Shown: positions 30,974-43,243 of the stretch, in pieces
How positions within the stretch are numbered: the first letter of the stretch is position 1
How the letters are laid out: each line of letters starts with the position of its first letter
Assembly: GCA_039831155.1 (NCBI GenBank)
Contig: JBDONT010000008.1
Coordinates: 29,318 to 93,317, forward strand
DNA: 64,000 bases
Origin: Nautiliaceae bacterium
GTDB taxonomy: Bacteria; Campylobacterota; Campylobacteria; Campylobacterales; Nautiliaceae
Reading direction: 5' to 3'
Notes under the pieces: model-generated
What the model saw: only the letters and a program-made list of their open reading frames with translations
Database searches by the model: none
What the model was told of the DNA's origin: nothing
Translations under genes and position numbers: made by a program

Positions 30974-31809
30974 AAAGATTAGGAAGAGGTTTAAGCTCTA
31001 TTTTAGAGGATGTTGAAGCCGGATATTTAAAAGATTTACCGGCTCAAGGCATTCAAGAAATTGATGTTGCTAAAATTAAGAGAAACCCTTATCAGCCACG
31101 TAGAGAATTTGATGAGGAGTCTTTAAAAGAACTTTCTTTATCTATAAAAAAACACGGTCTTTTGCAGCCTATAGTTGTAATTAAGGATGAAGACGAATAT
31201 ATTTTGGTTTCCGGAGAGAGAAGGCTTAGGGCTACTAAGCTTTTGGGTGAGAGTAGAATTAAAGCTATTGTAGTTGATTATTCAAAAGAAGATTTAAGAG
31301 AATACGCTTTAATCGAAAATATTCAAAGAGAAGATTTAAATCCTTTGGATATAGCTTTATCTTTGCAAAGTCTTATAAAAGAACATAATTATACTCACGA
31401 AGAATTAGCAGCCACTATTGCTAAAAGCAGAAGTTATGTTACGAATTTACTCAGAATATTAAATTTGCCTTCTTTTGTACAAGAAAAAATAAAAGAAAAA
31501 ATATTGAGTGTAGGGCACGCAAAAGTTTTAGTGGGACTTGATGAAGAGTTATTAAAAAAAGTTGTAAAAGATATAGAAGAGAAGTCCTTAAGCGTAAGAG
31601 AAACTGAAAAATTGATTCAAAAATTAAAATCTCCTAAGAAAAACAAAGAAGAAAGCGAAAAAGAGATAGATAAAAAGCTTATTGATGTAGTTGAAAAATT
31701 TAAAAAAATAGGACTTAAAGTGGAGTTAAGTAACAATTTTATAAAAATTAAGTTTAAAAATGACGAAGATTTGGAAAAATTAGAAAAACTTTTAAATGTA
31801 ATCAGTTAA
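30970..31809 (+). CDS. parB: Chromosome partitioning protein ParB
   Basis: LGRGL, NPYQPR, GERRLRA, ENIQREDL, HTH. Confidence 0.97.
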   Translation: MKRLGRGLSSILEDVEAGYLKDLPAQGIQEIDVAKIKRNPYQPRREFDEESLKELSLSIKKHGLLQPIVVIKDEDEYILVSGERRLRATKLLGESRIKAIVVDYSKEDLREYALIENIQREDLNPLDIALSLQSLIKEHNYTHEELAATIAKSRSYVTNLLRILNLPSFVQEKIKEKILSVGHAKVLVGLDEELLKKVVKDIEEKSLSVRETEKLIQKLKSPKKNKEESEKEIDKKLIDVVEKFKKIGLKVELSNNFIKIKFKNDEDLEKLEKLLNVIS

Positions 31810-31842
31810 ATTTATGTTAAAATTTCAAAAAAAGGAGAATTA

Positions 31843-32268
31843 ATGCTTGACCTAAATTTAGGTGTGATGTTAATTGAGGCCGGTATTTTTTTAGTAACGT
31901 TAATCTTGCTAAAGATGTGGCTTTTCGATCCGTTAGTAAAATTTATGGATGAAAGAGAAGAGAAGTTAAGAAAATTAGCAGAGATGGCTGAAGCTAATAC
32001 CGAAGATTCTAAAGAATTGGAAAGAGAAATTGAAGAAGTTTTAGCAAAAGCAAAAAAAGAAGCTAAAGCTATCAGGGACGAAGCCAGAGCTAAAGCTATT
32101 GCCGAAGCAAATGAAATGAAAGCTAAAAGATTAGCTGAAATTGAAGCGGCAAAAGAGCAGTTGGCAAAAGAGATTCAAGCTGAAAAAGAGAAAATCTTAG
32201 CGGAACTTTTATCATCTAAAGATGAAGTTAAAAACCTTGTGGAAAATAAAATAAGGAATGCGGCATGA
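31843..32268 (+). CDS. atpF: ATP synthase Fo subunit b'
   Basis: TM helix, LFDPLVKFMDERE, coiled coil; first gene of the atp cluster. Confidence 0.9.
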   Translation: MLDLNLGVMLIEAGIFLVTLILLKMWLFDPLVKFMDEREEKLRKLAEMAEANTEDSKELEREIEEVLAKAKKEAKAIRDEARAKAIAEANEMKAKRLAEIEAAKEQLAKEIQAEKEKILAELLSSKDEVKNLVENKIRNAA

Positions 32269-32768
32269 AAAAGATTTTCTTATTGGGATTGATGAGTGTA
32301 GCTTTATTTGCTAGTGAAGCTGCTATGAGTGGCGGAACCGATATTGTTGCTAGAACGGTTAACTTTTTAATTTTCGTTGCTATTTTATGGTATTTAGTAG
32401 GGAACAAAGTAATAGCTTTTTTTAGAAACAGAAAAGAGGAAATTGCTACTAAATTCCAAGAAGTTGAAAATAGATTAAAAGAAGCTAAGCTTAAAAAAGA
32501 GGAATTAAACGCAAAACTTGAAGAGGCTAAAGCTAAAGCGAAAGAAATAATCGAAGATGCGACACAAGAGGCGGAGCATATTTATAATACTATAATCGCT
32601 CAAGCTAAAGAAGAATTGGTTTTAATGGAAAAACATTTTGAAGAAGTTAAAATCGCTGAAATTAAAAAAGCGAAAAGAGAAGCGGTCAAAGCGTTTCTTG
32701 AAGATGTATTAAAAGATGTGCATCTATCAAGTGAAGATGCCGCTAAACTTGTATTAAAGGTAGCGTAA
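32265..32768 (+). CDS. atpF: ATP synthase Fo subunit b
   Basis: DIVARTVNFLIFVAIL, coiled coil. Confidence 0.92.
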   Translation: MKKIFLLGLMSVALFASEAAMSGGTDIVARTVNFLIFVAILWYLVGNKVIAFFRNRKEEIATKFQEVENRLKEAKLKKEELNAKLEEAKAKAKEIIEDATQEAEHIYNTIIAQAKEELVLMEKHFEEVKIAEIKKAKREAVKAFLEDVLKDVHLSSEDAAKLVLKVA

Positions 32769-33283
32769 TGGTGGTTGAAAAATATACAAAAGCTTTTTTA
32801 TCGTCACTTAGTGAAGAAGAGATTACTCCGGCTTATGAAGCAATTGCAAGAATTGCTTTGGTTGCAAAAGACCCTAAATTTACATTAATAGTAAAATCTC
32901 CTCTAATGAGTATAGATGAGAAAATTAAAATTTTAGCTGAAATTGCAGAATATGACAATCCTAAGTTTTTAAATTTTCTAAGAATTGTTCTTGAAAATAA
33001 AAGAGAAGATTTATTCAAAGAAATTCATACATCTTTATATGAAAAAGTAGCAAGATACTTTAATACGTATGGAGGTGTAGTTGAAGGTAAAATCAGTGAA
33101 GAGACTTTAAAAGAGATTGAAAATAAACTTTCTCAGAAATTTAATGCGACTATTAAACTTCAGTTAAAAGAGAAAGATATAAACGGTATTAAAGTGTTTG
33201 TAGATATTTTAAACGTTGAAGTTGCAATTAGTGAAGAAAAAATAAAAACCGATTTAATAAACGATATTTTAAAAGCAATCTAA
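32768..33283 (+). CDS. atpH: ATP synthase F1 subunit delta
   Basis: KY.KAF, NFLRIVLENKRE; lies between b and alpha. Confidence 0.9.
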   Translation: MVVEKYTKAFLSSLSEEEITPAYEAIARIALVAKDPKFTLIVKSPLMSIDEKIKILAEIAEYDNPKFLNFLRIVLENKREDLFKEIHTSLYEKVARYFNTYGGVVEGKISEETLKEIENKLSQKFNATIKLQLKEKDINGIKVFVDILNVEVAISEEKIKTDLINDILKAI

Positions 33284-33298
33284 AAGAAAGGAGTATAA

Positions 33299-34798
33299 GT
33301 GGTACAAGAAATCACTTCGATAATCAAGGAAAGAATTGAGAACTACGACTTAAAAGTGGACGTAGAAGAAGTTGGTAAAGTAATTTACTCAGCTGACGGT
33401 ATTGCAAAGGTTTACGGTCTTACGAATGTAATGGCCGGTGAAATGGTTGAGTTTGAAACAGGTGAAAAAGGTTTGGTATTTAACCTTGAAGCTGATAATG
33501 TAGGGGTTGTTGTACTTGGAAAAGGTACTGATATTACCGAGGGAAGTTCAGTAAAAAGACTTGGAAAACTGATTTCAGTACCGGTTGGTGAATCTTTAAT
33601 CGGAAGAGTTGTAAACGCACTTGGTGAACCAATTGATGGGAAAGGTCCTATTGAAGCTACTGAATACAGATACGTAGAAGAAAAAGCACCTGGAATTATG
33701 GCGAGAAAATCTGTTCATGAGCCACTTCAAACAGGTATTAAAGCAATTGACGCACTTGTTCCAATCGGAAGAGGGCAAAGAGAGCTTATTATTGGGGATA
33801 GACAAACAGGTAAAACAACTGTTGCACTTGATACAATTTTAAATCAAAAAAATGAAGATGTAATTTGTATTTACGTTGCCGTAGGTCAAAAACAGTCAAC
33901 TGTTGCAAATATCGTAAGAATTCTTGAAGAACACGGTGCAATGGATTATACAATCGTTGTAAACGCAAGTGCTTCTGAAGCTGCTTCACTTAAATTCTTA
34001 GCACCGTATGCCGGTGTTACAATGGGTGAATACTTCAGAGATAACGGAAGACACGCACTAATCGTTTACGATGATTTAAGTAAACACGCAGATGCATACA
34101 GAGAAATGTCATTACTTCTAAGAAGACCTCCGGGAAGAGAAGCATATCCGGGAGACGTATTCTATCTACATAGTAGATTACTTGAAAGAGCTGCAAAACT
34201 TAACGACGAACTTGGTGCGGGAAGTTTAACGGCTTTACCGATTATTGAAACAAAAGGTGGGGACGTTGCAGCATACATCCCGACAAACGTAATTTCAATT
34301 ACTGACGGACAAATTTTCCTTGAAACTAATCTTTTCAACAAAGGTATCAGACCGGCAATTAACGTAGGTCTTTCGGTATCAAGGGTTGGGGGTGCCGCTC
34401 AAATTAAAGCTATGAAACAAGTTGCGGGTAACCTAAGACTTGACCTTGCACAATTTAGAGAACTTGAAGCGTTTGCTCAATTTGCAAGTGACCTTGACGA
34501 AGCAAGTAGAAAACAACTAGAAAGAGGACAAAGACTTGTTGAAATTTTAAAACAACCGGCGTATTCTCCTTTACCGGTAGAAAAACAGGTTGTAATTATT
34601 TATGCGGGAACTAGAGGATATTTGGATGATATCAATACTAAATCCATTAGAAAATTTGAAGACGAACTATATCCGTTTATTGAAACAAAATATCCTCAAA
34701 TTTTTGAAAACATTAGAACTAAGAAAAAATTAGACGATGAAACCGAAGAACTACTTAAAAAAGCGTTAGAAGAGTTTAAGGCTGGGTTCGAAGGATAA
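33299..34798 (+). CDS. atpA: ATP synthase F1 subunit alpha
   Basis: [30 protein letters not shown]. Confidence 0.99.
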   Translation: MVQEITSIIKERIENYDLKVDVEEVGKVIYSADGIAKVYGLTNVMAGEMVEFETGEKGLVFNLEADNVGVVVLGKGTDITEGSSVKRLGKLISVPVGESLIGRVVNALGEPIDGKGPIEATEYRYVEEKAPGIMARKSVHEPLQTGIKAIDALVPIGRGQRELIIGDRQTGKTTVALDTILNQKNEDVICIYVAVGQKQSTVANIVRILEEHGAMDYTIVVNASASEAASLKFLAPYAGVTMGEYFRDNGRHALIVYDDLSKHADAYREMSLLLRRPPGREAYPGDVFYLHSRLLERAAKLNDELGAGSLTALPIIETKGGDVAAYIPTNVISITDGQIFLETNLFNKGIRPAINVGLSVSRVGGAAQIKAMKQVAGNLRLDLAQFRELEAFAQFASDLDEASRKQLERGQRLVEILKQPAYSPLPVEKQVVIIYAGTRGYLDDINTKSIRKFEDELYPFIETKYPQIFENIRTKKKLDDETEELLKKALEEFKAGFEG

Positions 34799-34801
34799 TA
34801 A

Positions 34802-35680
34802 ATGGCAACATTAAAAGAGCTAAAACAAAAAATCAGTAGTGTAAAAAACACTCAAAAAACGACTAGAGCGATGAAACTCGTTTCTACCGCCAAGCTTAAA
34901 AGAGCGGAAGAAGCGATTCTTCGCTCACGCGAATATGCTAGAAAAATAGATGAAGTTATAAAAGAAATTTCGGCAAAACTTGCAAGTGTGAAAGATTCTA
35001 TCGAACTTAGAGCGTTTGCAAAAATTGACGAAGTAAAAAAAGTTGATATTATTGTTATTACGGCCGATAAAGGGCTTTGTGGTGGATTTAATATTCAGAC
35101 AATCAAAAAAACTATTGCTTTAATTGAAGAGTTAAAAGAAAAGAAAGTTAAAATCAGACTTAAAGTAATAGGTAAAAAAGCTATTGAATATTTCAATTTC
35201 GTTGGAATTGAAATGTATGAAGAAATAGTAGGTCTTAGTGCCGCTCCGGATTATCAAAAAGCGGCTGAAATAATTCAAAAAAGTTATGAAGATTTTGTAA
35301 ATGAAGAAATTGATAATATAATTACGATTCATAACGGATATGTTAATAAATTAACTCAACAAGTACATGTAAAAGGGTTATTACCTGTAGAGGTTGAAGT
35401 TGAAGATTCTCAAGAGTTTTTAGAAGTTGAACCGGATAATGATTATGAAACAATTTTAGAAATACTTGTTAAAAAGTATATTGAGTATTCTTTATATTAT
35501 GCATTACTTGATTCTTTGGCAGCAGAGCATAGTGCTAGAATGCAAGCGATGGATGCAGCGACTAATAATGCAAAAGAAATGCTACATCAATTAACACTTG
35601 AATTTAACAAAGCAAGACAAGAAGCAGTTACTAGAGAGCTTATCGAAATCGTAACGGCTATTGAAGCTATGAAAAAGTAA
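34802..35680 (+). CDS. atpG: ATP synthase F1 subunit gamma
   Basis: TRAMKLVS, DKGLCG, NKARQ..VT.ELIEI. Confidence 0.99.
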   Translation: MATLKELKQKISSVKNTQKTTRAMKLVSTAKLKRAEEAILRSREYARKIDEVIKEISAKLASVKDSIELRAFAKIDEVKKVDIIVITADKGLCGGFNIQTIKKTIALIEELKEKKVKIRLKVIGKKAIEYFNFVGIEMYEEIVGLSAAPDYQKAAEIIQKSYEDFVNEEIDNIITIHNGYVNKLTQQVHVKGLLPVEVEVEDSQEFLEVEPDNDYETILEILVKKYIEYSLYYALLDSLAAEHSARMQAMDAATNNAKEMLHQLTLEFNKARQEAVTRELIEIVTAIEAMKK

Positions 35681-37096
<1,416 letters not shown>

Positions 37097-37105
37097 AGGT
37101 AGACA

Positions 37106-37486
37106 ATGAAACTTGATATCGTAACACCTCTTGGAAGAATTTATGAGGGTGAGGTAAAAGAAGTATATTTTCCCGGAATCGAAGGTGAATTCGGTGTCCT
37201 TGAAGGACACGCACCTTTGACTACTACTCTTACTCCGGGTGTAATTACAATTAAAAAAGAAGACGGTAGTGAAGAGATTATTGCTATTAACAGTGGATAT
37301 GTGGAAGTAGCACCTGATCATGTAAATGTGCTGGTAGACAATGCACAACCTATAGCCGGAAACGGTAGCAGTGATATTGCAGAAGCTATAGAGAAAGCTA
37401 AACAATTAATTCGTGAAGCTGCTAATTCGGATGTATTAGTAGCGTCGGTGGAAGCAAAGATAGAAAGTGTTGCTAGAAAGCTCTAA
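37106..37486 (+). CDS. atpC: ATP synthase F1 subunit epsilon
   Basis: IVTP.G, PG.EGEFGVL.GH.P. Confidence 0.97.
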   Translation: MKLDIVTPLGRIYEGEVKEVYFPGIEGEFGVLEGHAPLTTTLTPGVITIKKEDGSEEIIAINSGYVEVAPDHVNVLVDNAQPIAGNGSSDIAEAIEKAKQLIREAANSDVLVASVEAKIESVARKL

Positions 37487-38024
37487 AATTCTAAGTAACC
37501 CTATAAACGTTATAGTATTAGGGTGGCTTGGGATTTATCTTTTTTTTACTTTTTTTGTATTTTTTTATAAACTTTTTTCTTTACTCTCTTGGATAAAAAA
37601 AGAAAAAGAATCTCTTAACGCTCTTTTAATGAGCGGTCATATTGTGGGAAGTTCGTTTTTAAAAAGATGTCTTGATAAGTCTTCTCATATAAACTCTTTG
37701 TCTTTTGATGCTTGTATAGAAGCTGCTAAAAATAAAGCAAGCAGTGGAGTTGTATTTTTAAGTATTGTGGCTTCGACCGCACCTTTTATAGGTCTTTTTG
37801 GAACTGTAATAGGAATTTTAAACGCTTTTTCTTCTATGCAAAACATTACTACGATTAATATGATTGCACCGGCTATTGCAGATGCTTTGGTCGCTACTGC
37901 GTTGGGTATTATTGTGGCAGTACCGGCTTATTCTTTTCATCAGATTTTGAGTAAAAAAATAGAAGATTTAATCAGCTTTTTAATTATGCAAAAGGATTTT
38001 TATTTATCCAATGAAGAAGCCTGA
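37467..38024 (+). CDS. tolQ: MotA/TolQ/ExbB proton channel protein
   Basis: STAPFIGLFGTV.GI, IA.ALVATA.G..VAVPA; upstream of tolB-pal. Confidence 0.88.
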   Translation: MLLESSKILSNPINVIVLGWLGIYLFFTFFVFFYKLFSLLSWIKKEKESLNALLMSGHIVGSSFLKRCLDKSSHINSLSFDACIEAAKNKASSGVVFLSIVASTAPFIGLFGTVIGILNAFSSMQNITTINMIAPAIADALVATALGIIVAVPAYSFHQILSKKIEDLISFLIMQKDFYLSNEEA

Positions 38025-38388
38025 ACTTAATATTACGCCTTTTGTGGATATAATGCTGGTTTTACTAGCTATATTAATGGTTTCTGTTAGTGTTAGTACT
38101 TATCAAGAAAAGAGTGTGAATTTGCCGGAAGGTAGTAAAAAAAACGTAGCTACGAAAAAAGCTTCTATTTATATAGTAATAAAAAAAGACGGTGAAGTTA
38201 TTGTAAATAAAGAAAAAATGAGTTTAAAAAATTTTTTAGAAGATTTTAACTTAAAATACGGAAATTTTAATAAAAACGCTTTAGTTTATATTGCAGCCGA
38301 TAAAGATATAAGGTATGATGTGTTTATGAGAGTTTATTCTTCTGTTGTTAAAGTGGGATTTACTCAAATAGGGTTACTTACTAAATGA
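38011..38388 (+). CDS. tolR: ExbD/TolR family protein
   Basis: LNITPFVDIMLVLL, AADKDIRY. Confidence 0.9.
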   Translation: MKKPELNITPFVDIMLVLLAILMVSVSVSTYQEKSVNLPEGSKKNVATKKASIYIVIKKDGEVIVNKEKMSLKNFLEDFNLKYGNFNKNALVYIAADKDIRYDVFMRVYSSVVKVGFTQIGLLTK

Positions 38389-39035
38389 GGCTGTTGGTTT
38401 CTTTTATTTTGTCTTTGATGTCTGTTGGAGTTATTTTATTTTTTTTCTCAACTCTTTTTAAAGCTCCTAAAAAAGAAAAAGAAGTGTTTATTCATACTGC
38501 TATAGTTATAAAATCTCCTAAAAAATCTTTAAAGCCGAATAAAGCAGTCAAAAAAACTTTAAAAAAAGCAATAAAACCTAAAATAGGAAGTAAAAAAAAC
38601 ATTACAAAAGGTGGAGAAAAAATAGAATTTAATGATATTTTTAGTAACGTAAGCTATAATATAAAAACCAAAAAAATTCATTTAAAAGAGAGTCTGGATA
38701 TTAGTAGACTAAAAGAAATAGAAGGTAATTTAAAAAAAGTTAAAACCTTGAGAATTGAATATACTCAAAACGGTAATAGAAAGTTAAAAAAAGAGGATAT
38801 TCAAAATATTATAGCAAAAAAGCTTTATCCCATTTGGGATGAGATTGCTATGATTGAGGGAGAATATGCTAAAATAAATATAATTTCTCAAGATTCAAAC
38901 GTAGAAGTGATGATTTTGGATAGCAATTTGCCTATAGATAAACAGAATGAATTAATAAACAGAATAAAACAGCAAAAATTTAAAGATAATTTTAATATTA
39001 CGGTTTTATTTCAAACAAAGGTGGAAAATGAGTAG
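38385..39035 (+). CDS. TolA/TonB-like energy transducer
   Basis: N-terminal TM helix, Lys/Pro-rich linker, position between tolR and tolB. Confidence 0.65.
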   Translation: MRLLVSFILSLMSVGVILFFFSTLFKAPKKEKEVFIHTAIVIKSPKKSLKPNKAVKKTLKKAIKPKIGSKKNITKGGEKIEFNDIFSNVSYNIKTKKIHLKESLDISRLKEIEGNLKKVKTLRIEYTQNGNRKLKKEDIQNIIAKKLYPIWDEIAMIEGEYAKINIISQDSNVEVMILDSNLPIDKQNELINRIKQQKFKDNFNITVLFQTKVENE

Positions 39036-40185
39036 ATTAATATTTTTACTGATAAGTGTTATATTTTTGAATGCTAAAGAGTTGGTTATTACGAAATATT
39101 TGGATTATAGACCTTCAATTGAAATTGAGTTTAACGGGAATAAAAATGTTTTAAGAATTTTGAAAACGGATTTACAAGTTTTGGATCATTTTAATTATAC
39201 GATTAATAACGATAAAAATTGTAGCTATACTTTTAAATTTGATTATTCGGATAAGACTTTAAAAGTAAGTTATTTTAATAAAGGGAAGTTTTTAAAAAGT
39301 ATTATTTATAAATCGAACAGTTCTTATTATTATCCTTTTTTAGTTCATAAAGCCGTGTATGATATTAATGAATTTTTTTCGCTTCCCAGTGCTAAATTTT
39401 TAATTAGAAAGGTTGTGTATTCTCTTTCGACTGCACCTAAACAAACTAATATTTATTTAGCCGATTATACGCTTTCTTATAAAAAACTGATTATAAGCGG
39501 AGGGCTTAATATTTTCCCTAAATGGGCTAACAAATCTCAAAATGAAATTTTTTACACTTCTTTGGGAAGAGAAGCAGTTTTATATAAGCTTAATTTAAAA
39601 ACCGGAAAAAGAGAAAAACTTCTCTCTTCTCAAGGGCTTTTGATTGTATCCGATGTAAAAAGAGATAAACTGTTGGTTACTTTGGCCTTAAACGGCAGTC
39701 CGGATGTTTATGAGTTCGATTTAAAAACAAAAAAACTGACTCAAATTACGACATATCCTGGAATAGATGTAAACGGAAAGTTTTGGGGAGAGGATAAAAT
39801 AGTTTTTGTATCGGATAGATACGGTATTCCTATGGTATTTAGCAAAGATTTAAAAACGGGGGCAATTTCTAGAGTTGTATATCACGGGAAAAATCAAGTG
39901 GGAGTGGATACTTATAAAAATTATCTTGTTTTAAGCTCAAGAGAAAGTGATAAAAGTTTTGGGAATAATACTTTTAATCTGTTTTTAGTAAATAAAAACG
40001 ATGACTCTTTAAAGCGTTTGACATTTACCGGGCAAAATTCATTTCCTAATTTTTCAGTTGACGGAAATTCCATAATGTTTATAAAAAGAGAAAATTTTTA
40101 TTCAAAAATTGGTATAATACGTTTAAATGAAAATAAGGTATTTTATTACCCTTTGCCTAAAATATTACAATCATTCGATTGGTAA
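39028..40185 (+). CDS. tolB: Tol-Pal system protein TolB
   Basis: Signal peptide, beta-propeller repeats (FVSDR.G.P, FP.FS.DG), C-terminal DW. Confidence 0.9.
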   Translation: MSRLIFLLISVIFLNAKELVITKYLDYRPSIEIEFNGNKNVLRILKTDLQVLDHFNYTINNDKNCSYTFKFDYSDKTLKVSYFNKGKFLKSIIYKSNSSYYYPFLVHKAVYDINEFFSLPSAKFLIRKVVYSLSTAPKQTNIYLADYTLSYKKLIISGGLNIFPKWANKSQNEIFYTSLGREAVLYKLNLKTGKREKLLSSQGLLIVSDVKRDKLLVTLALNGSPDVYEFDLKTKKLTQITTYPGIDVNGKFWGEDKIVFVSDRYGIPMVFSKDLKTGAISRVVYHGKNQVGVDTYKNYLVLSSRESDKSFGNNTFNLFLVNKNDDSLKRLTFTGQNSFPNFSVDGNSIMFIKRENFYSKIGIIRLNENKVFYYPLPKILQSFDW

Positions 40186-40195
40186 GGAGATTATT

Positions 40196-40801
40196 ATGAA
40201 AAAAAATTTATTAGTAGCCGGGTTTGCGGCTTTTTTACTTTTAAGCGGATGTACGAAACAACCGGTTTTAGAAGATGCTAAAGAAGTGAATACCACTACA
40301 AGTACGCCTCAAGTTCAACAGCCGGCGGAAGTGGTAACACAAGCAGATACTCAGACCGCTCTTGAGAATAATGAGAGTGTAAGTACCGCAAATACTGAAG
40401 TTGAAGAACAACAAATTCCTGTTACTCAAAAACCACAACCGGTTCAAAAAGAGTTTGTAAAAGAGGTTTCTCAAATTGTTGTTTATTTTGATTTTGACAA
40501 ATACAATATTAGAAAAGACCAATGGCCTAAAGTTGAAAAACTTGCGAAATTAATTAAAGAAAATCCGGCTAATTATACTATCAGAATAGAAGGTAACTGT
40601 GATGAGTGGGGTACCGAAGAGTATAATTACGCTTTAGGTTTAAAACGTGCTAATAGCGTTAGAAACGCATTAATCAAACTAGGAGTTGACCCTAAAAAAT
40701 TAACTGTTATCAGTTATGGGGAATTAAATCCGGTATGTACGGCTCACGCTAAATGGTGCTGGAGAAAAAACAGAAGAGATAATTTTACATATCTTCCATA
40801 A
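40196..40801 (+). CDS. pal: Peptidoglycan-associated lipoprotein
   Basis: Lipobox LSGC, YFDFDK, EGNCDEWGTEEYNYALG..RA, NRR; start at 40196. Confidence 0.95.
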   Translation: MKKNLLVAGFAAFLLLSGCTKQPVLEDAKEVNTTTSTPQVQQPAEVVTQADTQTALENNESVSTANTEVEEQQIPVTQKPQPVQKEFVKEVSQIVVYFDFDKYNIRKDQWPKVEKLAKLIKENPANYTIRIEGNCDEWGTEEYNYALGLKRANSVRNALIKLGVDPKKLTVISYGELNPVCTAHAKWCWRKNRRDNFTYLP

Positions 40802-40832
40802 TTAAGGTACAATTCCTTAAAAAAGGAATTGT

Positions 40833-41717
40833 ATGAAAAAACTATTTTTTCTTTTACCGGTTTTATTATTAGCGGATGTAGACCCTTTTAAAGCTGGTTT
40901 AAATTCTGCTAATCCTTACGGACTTACTCCTCAAGAAAAAGCTATTTTAAAAAATCAAAAAGCAATTCAACAAAATAGAGATTTAATTTTGAATTTAGAC
41001 AGAAAATTAAGTGAACTTAATTCTTCCATTTCTCAAAAGTTTATAATGTATGACAGTTCGATTTCGGATATTCAAACCAAACTTTTATCTTTTAAAACCA
41101 TTCTTTCCGAAATAGACTCTTTAAAACAAGAGATTGGTGCCTTAAAAAAGAAATATGAAGAGTATAAAGAAAAACTAAAAGCTATGAACGAGCTTTTAAT
41201 TCAGGAACAAAAAAAGATAGAAGCTTTAGAACAACAAAACGCTACTTTAAAAAGTAATTTTGCAGAAATTGTAAAAATTAACAATCAAAATATTCAAAAT
41301 TTAAGAACCTCTTTACAAGAAGTGTTGTCTCAATTAAAAAAACTTACAACTCCTATGTCGGCAAAAGAAGCCTTTAAGAAGGCTAGAAAGCTTTTTTTTG
41401 ACGGTAAGTTTGATAAAGCAAAAGAACTTTTTAGTTACTCTTTGGAAAAAAAATATCTTCCGGCAACATCCGCTTATTATTTAGGTGAAATTGCTTATAA
41501 AGAAAAAAATTATAAAGAAGCTTTAGCTTTTTATAAACAAAGTGTATCCATTTATCCTAAAAAAACCTCTTTTACCGAGAAACTTTTATATCATACGGCA
41601 AAATCTTTTAAATATTTAGGTGAAGATGAAAAAGCAAAACTTACGTTTAAAAAACTTATAAACGATTATACGAGTTCAAAGTATGCGAAATTAGCTCAAA
41701 AAGAGTTGGAAAAATAG
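40833..41717 (+). CDS. CpoB/YbgF-like coiled-coil TPR protein
   Basis: Signal peptide, long coiled coil, C-terminal TPR; follows pal. Confidence 0.8.
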   Translation: MKKLFFLLPVLLLADVDPFKAGLNSANPYGLTPQEKAILKNQKAIQQNRDLILNLDRKLSELNSSISQKFIMYDSSISDIQTKLLSFKTILSEIDSLKQEIGALKKKYEEYKEKLKAMNELLIQEQKKIEALEQQNATLKSNFAEIVKINNQNIQNLRTSLQEVLSQLKKLTTPMSAKEAFKKARKLFFDGKFDKAKELFSYSLEKKYLPATSAYYLGEIAYKEKNYKEALAFYKQSVSIYPKKTSFTEKLLYHTAKSFKYLGEDEKAKLTFKKLINDYTSSKYAKLAQKELEK

Positions 41718-41757
41718 AAACTTTATGTTATACTCACTAAAATTTTAAAGGATAAAT

Positions 41758-42234
41758 ATGGCAAAAGTATATGCAATTGAATATACGGTTAAAAACTCAA
41801 AAGGTGAAGTTGTAGATTCTAATAAAGGACAAGCTCCTCTAGAATTTATAGCAGGTCAAGGTCAAATTATTCCGGGACTTGAAAAAGAAGTTGAAAAAAT
41901 GGAAGTCGGAGAAGAAAAAACAATTGTTGTAAAAGCTGACGAAGCTTACGGTCAAAGAAATGAAGAGTGGGTTGAAACATTACCTAAAGAACAATTTGAA
42001 GGAATTGAACTTCAAAAGGGAATGACTCTTTACGGTCAGTCGGCGGACGGACAAACAATAGCGGTAACCGTAAAAGATTTTGATGATAAAAATGTAACTA
42101 TAGATTACAACCATCCGTTAGCCGGAGAAGATTTAACGTTTGATGTTAAATTGGTTTCAAAAAGAGACGCTACTTTAGAAGAGTTGGCACCTCAAAGTGA
42201 TAGTTGTTGTGGTAACGGATGCGGGTGTCATTAA
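41758..42234 (+). CDS. slyD: FKBP-type peptidyl-prolyl isomerase SlyD
   Basis: G.GQIIPGLE, DYNHPLAGEDL.F; short Cys/His tail CCGNGCGCH. Confidence 0.95.
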   Translation: MAKVYAIEYTVKNSKGEVVDSNKGQAPLEFIAGQGQIIPGLEKEVEKMEVGEEKTIVVKADEAYGQRNEEWVETLPKEQFEGIELQKGMTLYGQSADGQTIAVTVKDFDDKNVTIDYNHPLAGEDLTFDVKLVSKRDATLEELAPQSDSCCGNGCGCH

Positions 42235-42330
42235 TGGCACCTCTTTTTCTTTTTAAGAAATGTAGTGTCTGGTGATTATTTTTTACTATATTGCTTCAAT
42301 ATGATATAATTTTACAAAAAAAGGAATAAA

Positions 42331-43242
42331 ATGAGAGTAGGTTTACTTTTTCCCGGGCAAGGCAGTCAATTTGTAGGAATGGGAAAAGATTTTTACGAAG
42401 CAAGTCCTAAAGCAAGAGAGATGTTTGATATTGCAAGTGATGCAATAAAAGTTGATTTTAAAAAACTTATGTTTGAAGAAAACGAGGATTTAAATAAAAC
42501 GGAATTTACTCAACCGGCTATTTTATTGTATTCGGCTATTGCTTATGAGCTGTTTAAAGACGCTAATTTTGAGTATGCTTTTTCTTTAGGTCACTCTTTA
42601 GGGGAATTTAGTGCTCTTTATTCTGCCGATGCTTTTGATTTGGCAGAAGCTGTAAAAACGGTTCATCAAAGAGGAAAACTGATGAATGAGGCTTTTAAAG
42701 ACAGAGTCGGTTCGATGATGGTTGTACTTGGTTTAAGCGATGAAGAGATAGAAACGATTTGTAAAGAGTCAAATTTACAAGTTTGGCCGGCTAATTATAA
42801 TAGTGATGGACAGCTTGTTATTGCCGGTATAAGAGAAGATTTAGAAAAACTTGAAGCTATTTTAAAAGAAAAAGGTGCAAAAAGAGTTATGCTTTTGAAT
42901 ATGAGTGTGGCTAGTCACTGTCCTTTACTTGAGAGTGCTACTAAACCTTTAAAAGAGTTGCTTAGTGGATATTTAAAAGATGAATTTAAACCTGTTGTAA
43001 GTAACGTAACTGCAAAAGCTTATACCACTAAAAAAGAAGCACTTGAAGTACTGCCTGTTCAGCTTACAAAACCGGTGCTTTATAAGCAGTCTGTTAAAAA
43101 TTATGAAGATAAAGCGGATATCTTTGTAGAACTTGGTGGAAAAGTTTTAATGGGAATTAACAGAAAAGTTACTAAGAAAAAGACACTGCCTGTTACCGAT
43201 ATGAAAAGTTTGGAAAAAGCTATTAGTGTAATTGAGAGTTAA
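42331..43242 (+). CDS. fabD: Malonyl-CoA-ACP transacylase
   Basis: FPGQGSQ, TQPAI, GHSLGE, SVASH. Confidence 0.97.
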   Translation: MRVGLLFPGQGSQFVGMGKDFYEASPKAREMFDIASDAIKVDFKKLMFEENEDLNKTEFTQPAILLYSAIAYELFKDANFEYAFSLGHSLGEFSALYSADAFDLAEAVKTVHQRGKLMNEAFKDRVGSMMVVLGLSDEEIETICKESNLQVWPANYNSDGQLVIAGIREDLEKLEAILKEKGAKRVMLLNMSVASHCPLLESATKPLKELLSGYLKDEFKPVVSNVTAKAYTTKKEALEVLPVQLTKPVLYKQSVKNYEDKADIFVELGGKVLMGINRKVTKKKTLPVTDMKSLEKAISVIES

Positions 43243-43243
43243 A

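Noticed and set aside
30185-31842. parS site or replication origin near parAB
   Set aside because: No TGTTTCACGTGAAACA-like palindrome or DnaA-box cluster seen; parAB beside the atp genes is the normal Campylobacterota arrangement
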